A DNA stretch of 64,000 bases from NCBI RefSeq assembly GCF_018350175.1, contig NC_058368.1, positions 21,020,001 through 21,084,000 of the forward strand. The letters are read 5' to 3'. Shown here one piece after another: positions 13,618-26,659 of this stretch; position 1 is the stretch's first letter; the number at the start of each line of letters is the position of its first letter. The notes under the pieces were generated by a model. The model ran no database searches, was not told the DNA's origin, and saw nothing but the letters and a program-made list of their open reading frames with translations. Source of the stretch: Felis catus. Its lineage: Eukaryota. The translations under genes were made by a program, and so were the position numbers.

Positions 13618-13961
13618 AAAAAATTTTATAAATCACTATTCATATGTTATATTAATCTGTAATTCTCTCCTTTTGTGCAGTCGTTGGCCAAATTTAGAAA
13701 TCAATATTATCTCATAAAACAAATTTGAAAATCTTCTTTCTTTTCTTATATCTTGGTTTAATTTTATTAGAATTGAGATTGTTTTATATTTGAAGGTGTA
13801 GAATCCTCCTGTGAACATTTAAGGGCCTGGTGCTTCTTTTGTAGGAGAGCTCTTTATCTACTTTTCTATTTCTCCTACAATAATAGGTCAGTTTATTTTG
13901 TCTCTATTGGGGTTAATTCTGCTGTTATTTTCTTTAAAAATTATACTTTTCATCTAGATTT

Positions 13962-14157
13962 CTTTTCATGCTTATTTATTCTGAGACTAACACAGACAGA
14001 GTGCGAGTTGGGGAGGAGCAGAGAGAGAGCAGAACCCAAAACAGGCTCCAGGCTCTGAGCGGTCAGCACAGAGCCCAAAGCTGGGCTCTCAGGAGCTGTG
14101 AGATCATGACCTGAGTTGAAGTCCTATGCTCAACCCACTGAGGCACCCAGGTGCCCC
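13962..14157 (-). mobile_element. Can-SINE
   Basis: Reverse-complement head CCCAGGTGCCCC, GA-rich tract, T tail. Confidence 0.93.
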
Positions 14158-15906
14158 TCGATTTTTAAATTTATATGCATAGAATATGCAAAATAGTCTA
14201 TGGTTATTTTAATTTTCTCTATTTGGATGGTTCCTTTCACCTTTTCATTTCTAATTTTGTTTATTTGTGGGGTTTGTATTTCACTTCTTTCTTGATTACA
14301 TTAGCTAGTGGTTTGTCCATCTTGTTGATTTAAAAAAAAAAAAAGGTTGTTTGTTTTGGTTTTTTACTTAGTGAGCTGCTCTACAATTTTTTTTTTTTTT
14401 GGCTTCTAATTTCTGCCTTCATCTTATTATCTCCTTCTGCTTTTCATTGTTGATATTTTAAGTTGAATTTTTCATTTATTTTCTTTTTTTTTCATTTTTT
14501 TATCATTGTAGGTATTTTTAAAGTTACAAATTTCCTTTCATAACTGTATTGATTGTATGCCGTGGATGCTAAGTCATGGTTTCCTTATCCTTATTTTCAA
14601 AAATTTCTCCAATTTAGTTTATTCCCCCTTTGACCTGAAAGTTAACCAGTAGAATTTTTATGGCTGTGTTAATTTCTATTTTATTGCTCCGTGATCAGAG
14701 AATTTTATTTGTAACTTTCTATTCTTTGAAATTGAACGAGGTTTTCTTTGTTGCTTAGACATAGTAAATTTTTGTGAATGTTTCACATGCATTTATAAAC
14801 AAAGTGTATTCTCTATTAACTGGATTCAGAATTGAACATTTCTCTATAAACTGTATCTTGATGATTATGTCATTGATATCTTCTATATCTTTATTAATAT
14901 TTTTATTACTTGATCTATATTCAATTGAGAGAAGTGTGTTAAAACCACCTACTATTGGCATATTTTTCTCTGCTTCCTTCTTGCTCTGTTTTATAAATTT
15001 CATTGCTATATTACTGCAAATATAAACATTAATGACTTATATTTTCATTGTGGATTGTAGCCTTTAGTATCATAAAATGTTCTTTCTCTTTCAATACTTT
15101 TGTGTTTGAACACTATCTTGTCAAACATCAGCATAGCAAGCCCTACTTTCTTTTTATATCTTTGTTATCTTCTGAATGTCTTTTTTTAGGTGCATTGCCC
15201 ATATATAACATACAATATTAGATTTTGCTTTTAGACAACATCAATTTTTATTTATTTTAAAAAGTGAGTTAAGCCCATTTACATTTACTGATGTATTCAA
15301 TGTATTTGGCTTCAGTTTGTATTGGTGTATGTGCTATATATTCAGTCTTTCAATGTGTGGTCTCTTTTGTTGCTCTTATTTCTTTTATTTTCCCCCCTTT
15401 GGTGTATCGTTCAATATTTACAAAGCTTTATATTTTTGTTCTAATGATTACCTTTACAGTAATCTAATATAGTATACTAATCTAATATAGTAAACTAATA
15501 TCCTTAGTTTTCCCTCAACTTTTTTTTTTTACTATTGCCTGTTGGTTCCCTATTCTACACATGGTTGAATTCAACTAATAAAAACTTCTCCCATTCTTTC
15601 TACTTCTTTAGTATCTAACTTGAAAAGTTTTCCTTTAGTCCCAATTTTACCAAGAAGTTCGGTAAGTGAAATTATTTTACTTACATTAATAATTTCCTGA
15701 TTATCTCCTAAATTCTTTATAATTACACTTATCTAGATTGTTAGAGGATATAGCCATTATGTATTATAAAATGTCTCCCTTATAAATATTATATAATCTT
15801 AATTAAATATACATTATATTTAATTAAAATATATATAAAATAAATATACATTAAATGCTCTGAATTCATTCTCTCCAGTCATTTCAGTTGCTTAAAGCTT
15901 GTTTTT

Positions 15907-16112
15907 TTTAAACACATTTTTAAAGTTTATTTATTTATTTTTGAGAGAGAGAGACAGAGAGAGAGGAGGAGAGGGAGACACAGAATCTGAAGCAGACTCC
16001 AGGCTCCGAGCTATCAGCACAGAGCCTGATGTGGGGCTCGAACTCACAGACTGCGAGATCATGACTTGAGCTGAAGTCGGACGCTCAACCGACTGAGCCA
16101 CCCAGGCACCCC
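15907..16112 (-). mobile_element. Can-SINE (SINEC_Fc type)
   Basis: Full body; TSD AAAGCTTGTTTTT. Confidence 0.96.
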
Positions 16113-17445
16113 AAAGCTTGTTTTTCAATAGAGCCTTCATGAAGTCTCAAAAAATATATATTCTAAGAGTTTTTTCTATAAGCATAATAGTTTGTCTATG
16201 ACATTTATAATTAAATGTCACTTTAACATGTTATAATATCTTTGGCTCAATTTCAATTATGGACTCTCTTAAATGTGTTACAATAAATGTTTTGCTTTGA
16301 TGGCCAAATGATTGTTTCCTTTTCTTTCAAGTCCATAGTTTAGGTGAAATATATTTTGCATCAGTTTTCCCAGGTGTGCAATATTATCTTTCAATAAGTA
16401 TATTCAAGTCAAGAAATGTTTTTTTGTTTTTTTGTTTTTTGAATCATGCTTTTGAGTACTTGTTCTATCCCATTGCCCTGGTTCTTTTCTTTCCTCGGGG
16501 ACTCCTATTATATACTTGTTGGATTTCCTTGGCCTGTTTTTATAGTTGCCACCTTCTCTTCAGTTCTTTTAATTCCTTCATTTGTTTTTACAATTTTTTC
16601 CTTCTTTCCTTCACCTATTTATGTTAAGGTGTTTATTTGCTCTTGAGTTTCTTCTAGTTTAGATTTCATTGCTGAACTTGATTTTTTAATTTTATTACCA
16701 ACTTTTCCTAAGTTCTGTCATCCCTCTTTCCAAATTTCATTTTTTCCAATCACCTCATCTCTGAAATGTGTATTATTCTTTCATTATTTGCTAGTGACTT
16801 CTCAATCTCCTTTGGCTCATTTTAAAATTAGGTTCAGTTTTTACGAACCTTGTAGGCCAGGCTTTCTGGAGTGATTTCATTGTCTTTAGATACAACACTC
16901 TACTCCTTCTTTTTTTTTCTTAAATAACTTCACACAAGATGGGACTGTAATCCTTTCCTGTTCCTCCTGTTAAAGTGAAATGAGTGTGCTTATACTTTTA
17001 CAACAGTAATGAAGGCTTAAATTGATACTCTAGCACAACCTTTTCTCTTTTTTTTTCCATGAATGATCCCAAATTATAGCCTTTGAGATTTGCTTCTTCT
17101 ACTCCTCCACCTCCCTCTTGGTGGGACCTTCTCTTTCCATGCCCTTATGGTCCTCATTCTGTTCAATTTGAGTCCCACTCCCAGCATGTCAATGCAGGGC
17201 TCTGTTCTGAAAGTAAGCTTCACTTGGTTAGTTTCAAGAGTTCATAGAGCCAGAGAGCCACAGCATCATCTGCTCTTACCATGGTCTCACTGCATTCACC
17301 AAGAATTGGGTCCTACAAAGCCCCCTCCCAGAATCTAGTTGTTCTTCTCAGTGTAGACCACTGAGCTCCCATGAGTAGCACTGGTGATTTGGAGATTCTC
17401 CAGTAGCCAGGTCCAGTGTGAGTCTCAATGCCTCCCCTCTGTTTC

Positions 17446-17575
17446 TTTTTTAAAAAAATTTTAAGTTTATTTATTTATTTAGAGACACACAGAGAGAACG
17501 AGAGAGGGCACAAATAGGGTAGAGGGAGAGAGAGAGAAGGGGAAAGAATTCCAAGCAGGCTCTGTGCTTACAGCA
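17446..17575 (-). mobile_element. 5'-truncated Can-SINE
   Basis: T tail, (GA)n and CCAAGCAGGCTCTGTGCT; tRNA-like head absent. Confidence 0.85.
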
Positions 17576-18084
17576 CTTTTTCCCCATAGGCGCATGTATT
17601 AAGGCATGTGTTTTGTGGGTTTGTTGTAGGTTTCATCTTTGCACTCTTGGTTTCGCTGCACTGCCTATGTTTCCTGGAGAATTCGGGGATAGTCATCAAC
17701 TATATTGCCACTGCTGTCATCTCCCCAGAATTCTTATTTCCTTAACTTCTTACATAACATAGCTTGAAAATATAGTCACTTTTCTCCTCTACAGATTATA
17801 TCTCATCTCTACCTCTATGAGACAGCTAAGAAATAATGAAAGCTTGGAAGATGATAAAAATGTAAATAACACGTGTTCTGAAGCAGTACCTGGAAAGGCC
17901 TGTGAGTTCAATTCTTCTAGGTATTTTTGAATATTCTAGGTATACAGACATACATTCTGTGGAGGTTCAATGAGTGCTAAAGATATTAAATTCCTTACTT
18001 CTCTATATGGCTATTCTTTTTAATTGCGTTAGGTTTTTTCTAACTTACTCTCTCACCATTTTGTTATAGAACAGCAACTTTTTC

Positions 18085-18262
18085 CAGTATACAATGTGAG
18101 ATAGTTTATTCGGCCATTGTTAATAGTTTCCTATAAATACATGGTTTAGATTTGTTGTAGGATTAAGTGAGTAAATGCATATCATGTAGTTAGAACAGTT
18201 AACAAACGTTATACCTGGAACATGGTAAATACTACATAAATGTTAGTTGCTATTATTATGAT
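18085..18262 (+). mobile_element. MIR fragment
   Basis: TTGTTGTAGGATTAAGTGAG...AGAACAG...CCTGGAACATGGTAAATACT...AAATGTTAGTTGCTATTATT. Confidence 0.7.
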
Positions 18263-18719
18263 AATTGTTAAATTATTGTTTTTATCAAGGGAACACGTGT
18301 TCCAGCTCTTCCCCACTTGGCCTTCTATTAACTTGGAAAAAGGAGTGGGCTATGTGTTACATAGAGTATTACTTTCGTAGAATATTAAAAAACATTGTGT
18401 TCAAAACTAGTTCTGTTATTGACCAAAAAAAATTAGAAAACTCCAGATTAAAGGAATATAAGATTTCACTAGTTCATCTGACAGTCAGTCCAACGCACTT
18501 CTTTGTCACTGTGTTCACCTACTTTCCCGTTCTCCTCCTTCCCACCACACTGTCCCCAGAATTATCAACACTTGGAGCTCACCCTCAAAGATACCATACT
18601 CATGCATAGTATTCACCTCAGATGCAAACTTAGCATAGTTCTCTTCACCTCAAAAGAAAGAATGGATAGAAAGGATACAGAAGAAGATTTGGGGGTTATG
18701 TTGTTTTTAAAAAATGGAA

Positions 18720-20620
18720 TTTGCTTCCACTGATGTCTATAATTACTTCAAACATTCCATACAATCAATGTAATATAATGTTTTGTCAGTTAAAGCTTTA
18801 ATTCTAAAGGTGGTTAGCTACTATGACATCCAGAATGCAGAATTCATGGGTAGTCACCTACATTACTTCAGAAAAGATCATGCTCTAGAGTATGATCCTT
18901 CAGCTACCATCATTTCAATGAATAAGCTACTTTACTAGTTAGCATCCATAATGTCAAAAATGGGTTCTATTGGTTAAACTAGTGACTACTGAGCATAATA
19001 AATATTAGAAATGGGCTCTCACTGGTGACATTAAGAGTACCAAGATATGCAAATAGACCACAAATGTTCAAAGATACTTGTAGGATTGGAGTTTGAAAAT
19101 CCAATGAATCCTGCAACCTGGATGATAGGAATTATGCCTAGTTCCAGTCATTGGCTTAAGAGGATTTCTGATTCATGGTACCTACTGGAGGGCACAAAAT
19201 CCTGACCCTGGAATATCATGCCTGCTTGGAGCAAATCTTTCATCCAAGATGTGGTTAAAGTGCCAAAAGGAAAGTTTAGACTTCATCAAACTTCAGAACA
19301 AGTTATGTGAACTGTTGTGTGCTTGCTTGTTAATAAAAGATGGTGCAATAAATGTATGGAGGAAGAATCTCTCCGAAGACTTATTTTTATTAAAGCCATG
19401 TAGGAAATTTGTGGGGGAGTATCTAATCCTAGCCACCTCAAATTTCTTTGGTAGCCAATACTACCTACCAAAAAACAAATAAACAAGCAAGACAAAGCCC
19501 TAAATGTTGTGAATTAATCAAAGTACCACTTTTGGTCATTAAGGAATGCAAGAAGAATTTTGGCAGAATTTTAATTACTAGAAGGATATCAGTTGGACGG
19601 TTGTCAAAGTACCTTTTTTTTAAAAAAAAAGACTTTTTAAGAGTAATTTTAGGTTTATAGAATAACCAAAATATAGTATAGACAATTCTCATATACCCCA
19701 CATCAAATTTCCCCATATTATTAACATCTTCCATTAGTATGATACATTTGTTACAATTAATGAACCAATATTGAAACAGTATTAATAATCAACGATTGAT
19801 ACATTATTGGTTTATTACTAACAACTGAAGCTAATTGTCCATACTGTAACTTTGGAAAGAAGTCATTGTGCAGATCATACCTAAGGAATGGGAGTTATGA
19901 TCCCCCTCCTTCAGGTGGTAGGAATATATATCTACATAAATTACTTGGGATTCTTCTCCATAGAGTCAAAGTATCTTTTAACTTGAGCTTTTATGATACT
20001 GTGAATGAGCTTTAGAAATCCCAACAACTCCACAAATGTTCTTCCTAGTTTTAAATGATTTGAAATATTTTCTAAGTCTCCTATGTAATTATTAGCAAAC
20101 ATATAGATTTAATACTTCATCAATTACTTGATTGTCAGACAAAATGTTAAAAAGTCAAAGAAATGGCTAGTAGTTTAACATAATGTAAACACCGCCCTAT
20201 TACTGATTTCCTGGGTGTGAGAACAGCATCATTACTAAAAGATACACATGGATTACTCCCCAGAAAGCAATCAGATTCTGCGGAAAACAATTCTGTAACA
20301 CTCTTCCTTGTTTACTGCAAGACAATATAAGCCATCCAAAGACACAAAAATAGACAGAGATCAGCAAGTGGTATTTTCCTCTGTTTGTGTTTTAGGAACA
20401 AGAACTCAACTATGATAATTCCATAAATTTCCAGCAGTTAAGAAAACATACTAAACTACTAATTTGGAGGCAGAAACCCAGTATTTAACCATAGAGACAC
20501 AAGCTTGTACAATAACTTGATGCTCTATAAATATCTCTCCCTTCTTGCTCCACTACTGTCAGATGAGGGCTCTCCATGAGAGCAGTATGGAGGAGATCAA
20601 AGGTCAAGAGTCCAATCATG
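18720..20620 (+). mobile_element. Putative highly decayed hAT-superfamily transposase fossil
   Basis: Degenerate motifs in hAT order and spacing: ASTDV (18723), SD (18981), KMWLK (19246), LPSCSTTVR*GLSM (20537-20578); many stops and frameshifts. Confidence 0.45.
19618..19964 (-). mobile_element. L1M 3' end insertion
   Basis: L1 3' UTR (TTTAGGTTTA.AG...ACATTTGTTACAATTAATGAACCAATATTGA); TSD GTCAAAGTAYCTTTT at 19603-19617 and 19965-19979. Confidence 0.88.
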
Positions 20621-20971
20621 AATTCCCAAGGGAGGAGACAAGCTCCTGGAAGGTTCGGAGTTTACAGCTATCTGTTTCATGCCAAAAAGACACCAGAAGC
20701 AAAAGGAGGAAGTCTGAATAGGCAGAAGAATGTTGTTTTCAGAGATAGGGTTATTTTAGAGCTGAACATTAAATGTCCCCATTGCCCCGGAGAAGAGGCT
20801 AAAGTTAAAATAATTCTTTATGCTCTCAAAAGTATATTCATGCACAAATCATTCACCATCAAGCATGGGTGGCTGGATAAACTTAGGATAAAAAAATGGC
20901 TACTGTGCTTTCCTTCACCCATTTCAAAGTACTTCTTGTCCTCTTCTCTAAAGTGAGGATAGAAAAAAACG

Positions 20972-20996
20972 TTTTTGTTTTTTGTTTTTTGTTTCT

Positions 20997-21032
<36 letters not shown>

Positions 21033-21180
21033 AGGGGATAGAGGCAGAGGGAGAATCTTAAGAGAATCTTAAGCAGGCTGCACGCTAAGCACAGAGCTCG
21101 ACGTAGGACTCAATCCCACGATCATGACTTGACCTGAAATTGAGTCGTAAGTTCAACCAGCTGAGCCACACAGGCACCCT
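20972..21180 (-). mobile_element. Can-SINE
   Basis: T-rich tail, (GA)n, CTGAGCCAC.CAGGCACCC end. Confidence 0.92.
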
Positions 21181-21678
21181 GAAAGAATATTTTTTTAAAA
21201 GACTATTTTATCCCAAAATAGAAGAATTATGGCATATTTAACAATATGTGTGTATCTATATATTGACAATAAGTGGGTTTTTGTTGCCTACTTCAAGATA
21301 AGTTCAGGTACAGCAGTAGTGGTATTACAATAATAACATCTTCATTTTCAGCACTTTGCAATTTAAAAAGCATTTTGACATTATATGTATATTTCAACTT
21401 TACAGGTCATTAAAAGATGTTACTATTATTCCCATTGTACAGATAAAAAGGCAAGTTTGATTAGTTAAGTGACTGCTCAAAGTTTCAGAATTGGAACCCC
21501 AGTTCTACAGGAACCCAGTTCTTAAATTTCTGATCCTGGAATTTTTTCACCATCCTAGTTTTCCTTGTATGGGCATAAACAGATTGTCCCAGTCAAAAAG
21601 TTTGATCTTCCTTCTGCTAAGGTCTTGAACCTGGTTCATTAAAGATGAGTGAATATATATGTATCAATGTGTATCTAT

Positions 21679-21679
<1 letters not shown>

Positions 21680-21715
<36 letters not shown>
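21680..21715. repeat. (CA)n microsatellite
   Basis: Perfect dinucleotide run. Confidence 0.99.
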
Positions 21716-21717
<2 letters not shown>

Positions 21718-22789
21718 CTTCCCTCTAATATATTATGACATCCCTTCCTGAAAAACCCCTAAGAATCACTGCATCTTTTCTGTAGCAGCCAAAATTTTGA
21801 CAATCTTTACTTTAAGTAGCTTGTGTTAGGAAAGTGAACGTTTTTATTATTTATTTTCAAATGTAAATAATATAATATTGAAAATGCTTTTTTAAAGACA
21901 TACCGTGTCCCAATCCCCATATACTGTTGTGGCTTTGTGGGGAGTGCTAAACTTCCCCTCCACGACTTCTACCAATGAACCTAAGTTTCTTCCTTCTGGC
22001 AAAGGAAAAATAAAATTGAAAGTAGAGACCACTTATCTGACTATGACCTGTCATTTGTGTTTGGTTTGACACATTAAAAGATGCCAAGAAATATCAAAAT
22101 ACAGCAAACATCCGTTATTAAGGCATGTCAGAAAATGCTCAATCCACAAACTTGTTTTCCAAAATATCTAGAAGTCAGGAATGTTTGCAACATGCAAAAT
22201 GATGGTAGAAATTAAAGTAATTTTCCAGATAATTTAAATTGAAAAACTTCCTTCCCCTCATTTTGCTGTGGCATTTTGGCCCGAATTAGCCAGGTGGTTG
22301 ATTCCATTCTGCACCTAACTTTGGAACCTGAAAAGTCCCTACCTTTGTAAGTGATGATGAATGTCAACACTAAGCTCGGAACCACATTTCTGACCAAAGC
22401 AGCACAAACTTCCTTGGCATAAATGCTTAAAGTAGTTCCCTCCCTGGAAAGAACAATCTGTCAGTCTCTCCAGCTTTCTCACCAAGTAATCAGAGAAATT
22501 CACGGTGAAAAACACTTTATTAGGTCATCTTGTCCATAAACGTACACACATAAGAACACTTCCTGTGGCTTACTCCCTCATACATTGCCTGAGCTTGCAT
22601 GAGACTCCAACGACAGATATTCTACCTTGTCCTCAGGGACTCTTTTGCAGCTTAATATTCCTCACTGTCAGTATTTGCTGAACGCTGTTGACATTTTTCT
22701 CCATTTCTCATCATGACTCTTTGCCCTACTCTCCTGACACCTTTACTATGATTTATATGTCTTCATTGTCCTCAGCTAGATTGTAACAG

Positions 22790-23040
22790 CAGCTAATAAT
22801 TAACGCGCATTTACTACAGAGCTAACATTTTCAAAGTACTTTAAATATATTACTGCCTTTACTCCTCACGACAACTGTCTTGGTGGCCGGGTACAATTAT
22901 GATTCCCATTTGACAAATAGTGAAGCTGAGACTCAGGAGGATTAGGGCTGCACAGTTAGTACAAGGCACATCAGATTCAGGATTTGGAGCTCTGCAGCCC
23001 AGCTTCAGAGACCGTGCTGTAACCAACCACGCCTCCATGC
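22790..23040 (-). mobile_element. MIR
   Basis: ATTCCCATTTGACAAATAGTGAAGCTGAGACTCAG...GGATTTGGAGCTCTGCAG core. Confidence 0.8.
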
Positions 23041-23479
23041 TGAACCAACAAACTCCGTTGTCTGTTTGGCTCATCTGGACACCACACATGCAATTTTTCC
23101 TTGTCAGTGAATGCCTCTACCATTTTCTGTTGCAGAGAGTAGAAGGATCACTCTTAAGTTCATTCTACTGTCTAATGATTAAAAAGCAGGTCTTGTCAAC
23201 TGAATCCTCTTTATCCATGCCCTAAGTATAAAATCTGGTCTTCCGAGCATAATTTTCAGAAAGCCTCCCTTAACAGAATAACAGCAACAAAACAACCAGA
23301 TTTCTTCTTTACCCTCAAGAAAACTTGATAGGTCACTTGGCCACTGTGATTATTTCCCCAAAGTCTGTCAAGGCTTAAAGGTACTTTTATTTGTCCCATT
23401 AAGACTATTTCTAAGCCTTTATTCCAAGTGATGGTCTCTCTGTCTCTTAAGCCAAGTTTTCCATATTAATAATAATAAT

Positions 23480-23672
23480 AATAATAATAGCTAGCATCAG
23501 CTTAAACTTAAAATGTTCCAGGCACTCCTCCAACTGCTTTAGAGGAATCATAAACTCTACAACCCTATGAGATAGGCATTGTTATTATCATTATTATTAT
23601 ATGCATGATATATACACATGAAAAGTGAGGCACAGAGAGTCCAACCACCTGCCAAAAGGCACACAGCTGGTA
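23480..23672 (-). mobile_element. MIR
   Basis: ACAACCCTATGAGATAGGCATT...GTGAGGCACAGAGAG...CCTGCCAAAAGGCACACAGCTGGTAA. Confidence 0.8.
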
Positions 23673-23739
23673 ATAGGTAGACCTCTAACTTCTGTTAATA
23701 CTTGGGACTCCACTAGCATACTTGTCACTAACTATCTTC

Positions 23740-24080
23740 TGTGGAGAGATGGTAGTACTCACCAAATGTTCCATATGATCCTCTACCCTTCCCAGGTGCC
23801 TACATTCAGGCAGGGCCACGTGACTCGTTATAATCAACAGAGTATGAGAGAAAACAATGTGTAAAACTAAGACTCCTTGTGCTTATGCACCCATGCATTG
23901 AGATGGTGGCATCATATGATGAAAGAAATTCAGATCATCCACTTGAACAAGAAATGCTCTCAAGGATTCCTTGACCCGCATCAGACTTTTTGTGGCAAAA
24001 AAAAAATGAGTTGTTATTCTGTTATATCATGGGATGCAGATGTCTATGTTATTAGTGCAATAGAGCATGGTAATATAATG
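23740..24080 (+). mobile_element. Old MaLR LTR (MLT1-like)
   Basis: TGTGG start, GGCAGGGCCACGTGACT, CATCAGACTTTT.GTG, degenerate 3' end. Confidence 0.6.
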
Positions 24081-24559
24081 TTACTCCAGTACATTGATCA
24101 TCTTCCTATTCTTCTGCTGGCTATGATCTTATATCTGGATTTTTCGTTGTAAGAATCTAATTTTATTGGGAAGGAAGAGATTCAAAGAATTTCTAATTCT
24201 ACCAGCAATCAGTAGGACCACTGATTTAATGAAAATGGAAGAAATCTCTTAAAATGTTGGTCTCACATATGGATAGTAAGACTTCTATGAATACCTAATC
24301 CCTAACTCCTGTTAATAGTATAATAGGGAGTACCTAATCCCTCCTATTGGCACTTAACTCCTGTTAATAGTATTTTAACCCCTTCATAAAAGCCCCCAAC
24401 AAATTAACTTTTCACATTCAAAACTCAAATATCCTGATTCAACAACTCATGTTGTGAGTACTGACCACAGACATTGAGTTCAAAGCAGAAAGAACAGTCA
24501 AGAAGATGAAAGCATGGATCAGAGTTCTGCCTTGCTAAATTATAGAGTATACAAAGTTC

Positions 24560-24960
24560 CACGGAGCCAAAAGGAAAGGTTCTTGTATGCAAGGATAGGT
24601 AATTGGGAATGTCTTCTATAGGCAGTAAAAACCCCTGAAGGTTTCTGAGCAGAAGGGTGTAAGAGCTGAGCTTCAAAAAGACCTAACCTGACAGCTACAC
24701 ATCAAATAAGTTCCTCAAAGAGACTGGAAGGGAAGAGCCCAGTGGAGAGGCTATTGTCTGAGATCAGGGAGAGGCAGTAGAGAGACGGGAGAGCTTGCAG
24801 AGATAATACAGAAAGTCACCAGGATTTTTGTATGCACTCGGATGTGGGTAATAGTGAAAGGGAATGAGCAAAGATCCCCTTGAGATTTACAACATGGAAG
24901 ACAGACAGGATGTTGGTTCCATGAATACACAGAGGAACACAAAAAGGAAGCAAGTTTAGA
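24560..24960 (-). mobile_element. L2 fragment
   Basis: GAAGGTTTCTGAGCAG...GAGACTGGAAGGGAAGAGCCCAGTGGAGAGGCTATTG, the typical antisense L2 pattern. Confidence 0.65.
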
Positions 24961-25454
24961 GCGAAATATATATGTATATATGTAAATTCAGCTTATCATC
25001 CTACCAAGTTATTCGATGTACATTTACACAAACTACATCGCACTAAAATATTAGAAAGCTTCCTATCGAGATGTCTGTGTCCTCAGAAAAGTTATTTGTA
25101 AGTTATTTTTCTCTCTTCCTAGAATTTTCTCTGTCTTCTGCTCTAACAAGCTCTCTTATCAGGCAAGGGTTAATCCAGTGGAGACTCCTCCTTAGAGCCA
25201 AAACTGACCTCCCCACCCACATCCCTTCCCTCCAGGCCATTTACTGTCAGAATCCCTCCTATTGGCACTTAACCAGACAGCTCACCACATACCTGGATTA
25301 CAAGTCTCCAGAAGACAGAAAAATGTATGCTTCTTATGATGCCTTAACTTCATCATAATTGTATCATGATTATGTGCACATACAGAGAGATAAGCTGCTG
25401 CTGAGACAAGGGGGAGGGGTTGTTTGTTATTCATATGTTTGAACCATGGCATTC

Positions 25455-25492
25455 TTTTTTTCTTTAAGTTGGTGTGTGTGTGTGCATGTGTG

Positions 25493-25575
<83 letters not shown>

Positions 25576-25750
25576 GAACGCGAGCAAGCCCATGCTAGAG
25601 CTGAGAAGAGGCACAGAGAGAGGGAGAGAAAATCCCAAGTAGGCTCTATGCTCCTGTTAGTGCAAAGCCCTGTGCGGGGCTGGAACTCACAAACGAGAAG
25701 TCAAAATCAAGAGTCCGACGCTTAACCAAATGAGCCATCCAGGCGCCCCC
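25455..25750 (-). mobile_element. Can-SINE carrying a compound (TG)n(AG)n microsatellite (about 25472-25563)
   Basis: GAGCCATCCAGGCGCCCCC end; TSD GAACCAYRGCATTC. Confidence 0.93.
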
Positions 25751-26659
25751 GAACCACAGCATTCCTATGCCCGATAAAATATGTATCCAATATTTGACAA
25801 ATATTACAAAGTAAGCACTGTTAAAATATCTCTACCATGTGTAATTTGTTACAATTATTGAAAAATACATTATGAAGTAATATATGTGAGTGATGCAAAA
25901 CAGGTGGCTTCTTCCTTACTGACCAAAATGTCACCCTTAATAACCCCATTCATGTGTTCCAACAGTTAAGGATAAGGAATGGCCATCAAAGAATCGGTTT
26001 AAGAGATGGCAGTAAGGACACAGAGAGAAGTTTTCTTAACTTCTTTGCAGTACCAAGAAGAAAGTTTCTGCTTCCTGTACCCAGACCCTCCATCCTTTTT
26101 TTCTGAGCTCTCAGAAATGCTTGCATTGCCCAGGAGATCAGATGAAGCATATCTCACACAATCTGAAACTTTGGGTAGATATATTTGTCTTCTCCTTGGC
26201 TATAAAAATGAAGTGCAAAAGTGAAGTAAGCAATCTGAATGACTATTAAAAGCAAAGTTGCTTTGGAAGCCAATGCCAACTTTCCTCTGAAACAGGACTC
26301 AGACTCACCACTTCTTCCCCAAACCATCTAAAATCAGGCTCAGAGCCCATTTCTGAATTCACTCAGAAGAGCCAAAGGGTTAAGAGATGATCCAGAAAGC
26401 ATAACACACACAGTATTTCAAATTGCTCTATTTCCAACTGAAATACAGCACATATTATTCAGACTTCTTTTCTCCCTTCTTACTCCCCTTCCCTCCATTC
26501 AAAAGGCATTCTCTTTTTTTAATAAAAAGAAATAAATCCCTATCTTAATTTAATCACGCAACCAGCATGAAAATGAACTCAATGAATAAAATTGTCAAAA
26601 GTGGTAAATGATAGGATTCCCTCTTAGCCAACTTCTCTGCCTAAAATTAGACTGCCTTT

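Larger units (their letters stand above)
11650..17730 (-). mobile_element. Long, very old L1M remnant (ORF2, ORF1 and probable 5' region)
   Basis: T-rich; degenerate ORF2 (ORF 14755-15003(-) PIVGGFNTLLS...DIEDIN endonuclease-like; 11884-12147(-) C-terminal); the 5' part is the least certain. Confidence 0.75.

Noticed and set aside
19182..19195. CTACTGGAGGGCAC as a CTCF site
   Set aside because: Two mismatches in the core; cannot be supported without PWM or ChIP data
19370..19460. SLRRLIFIKAM*EICGGVSNP resembles a mononegavirus (bornavirus) L-protein segment
   Set aside because: No flanking L motifs (GDNQ, GEGMRQK) were found; the hAT motif order explains the region better
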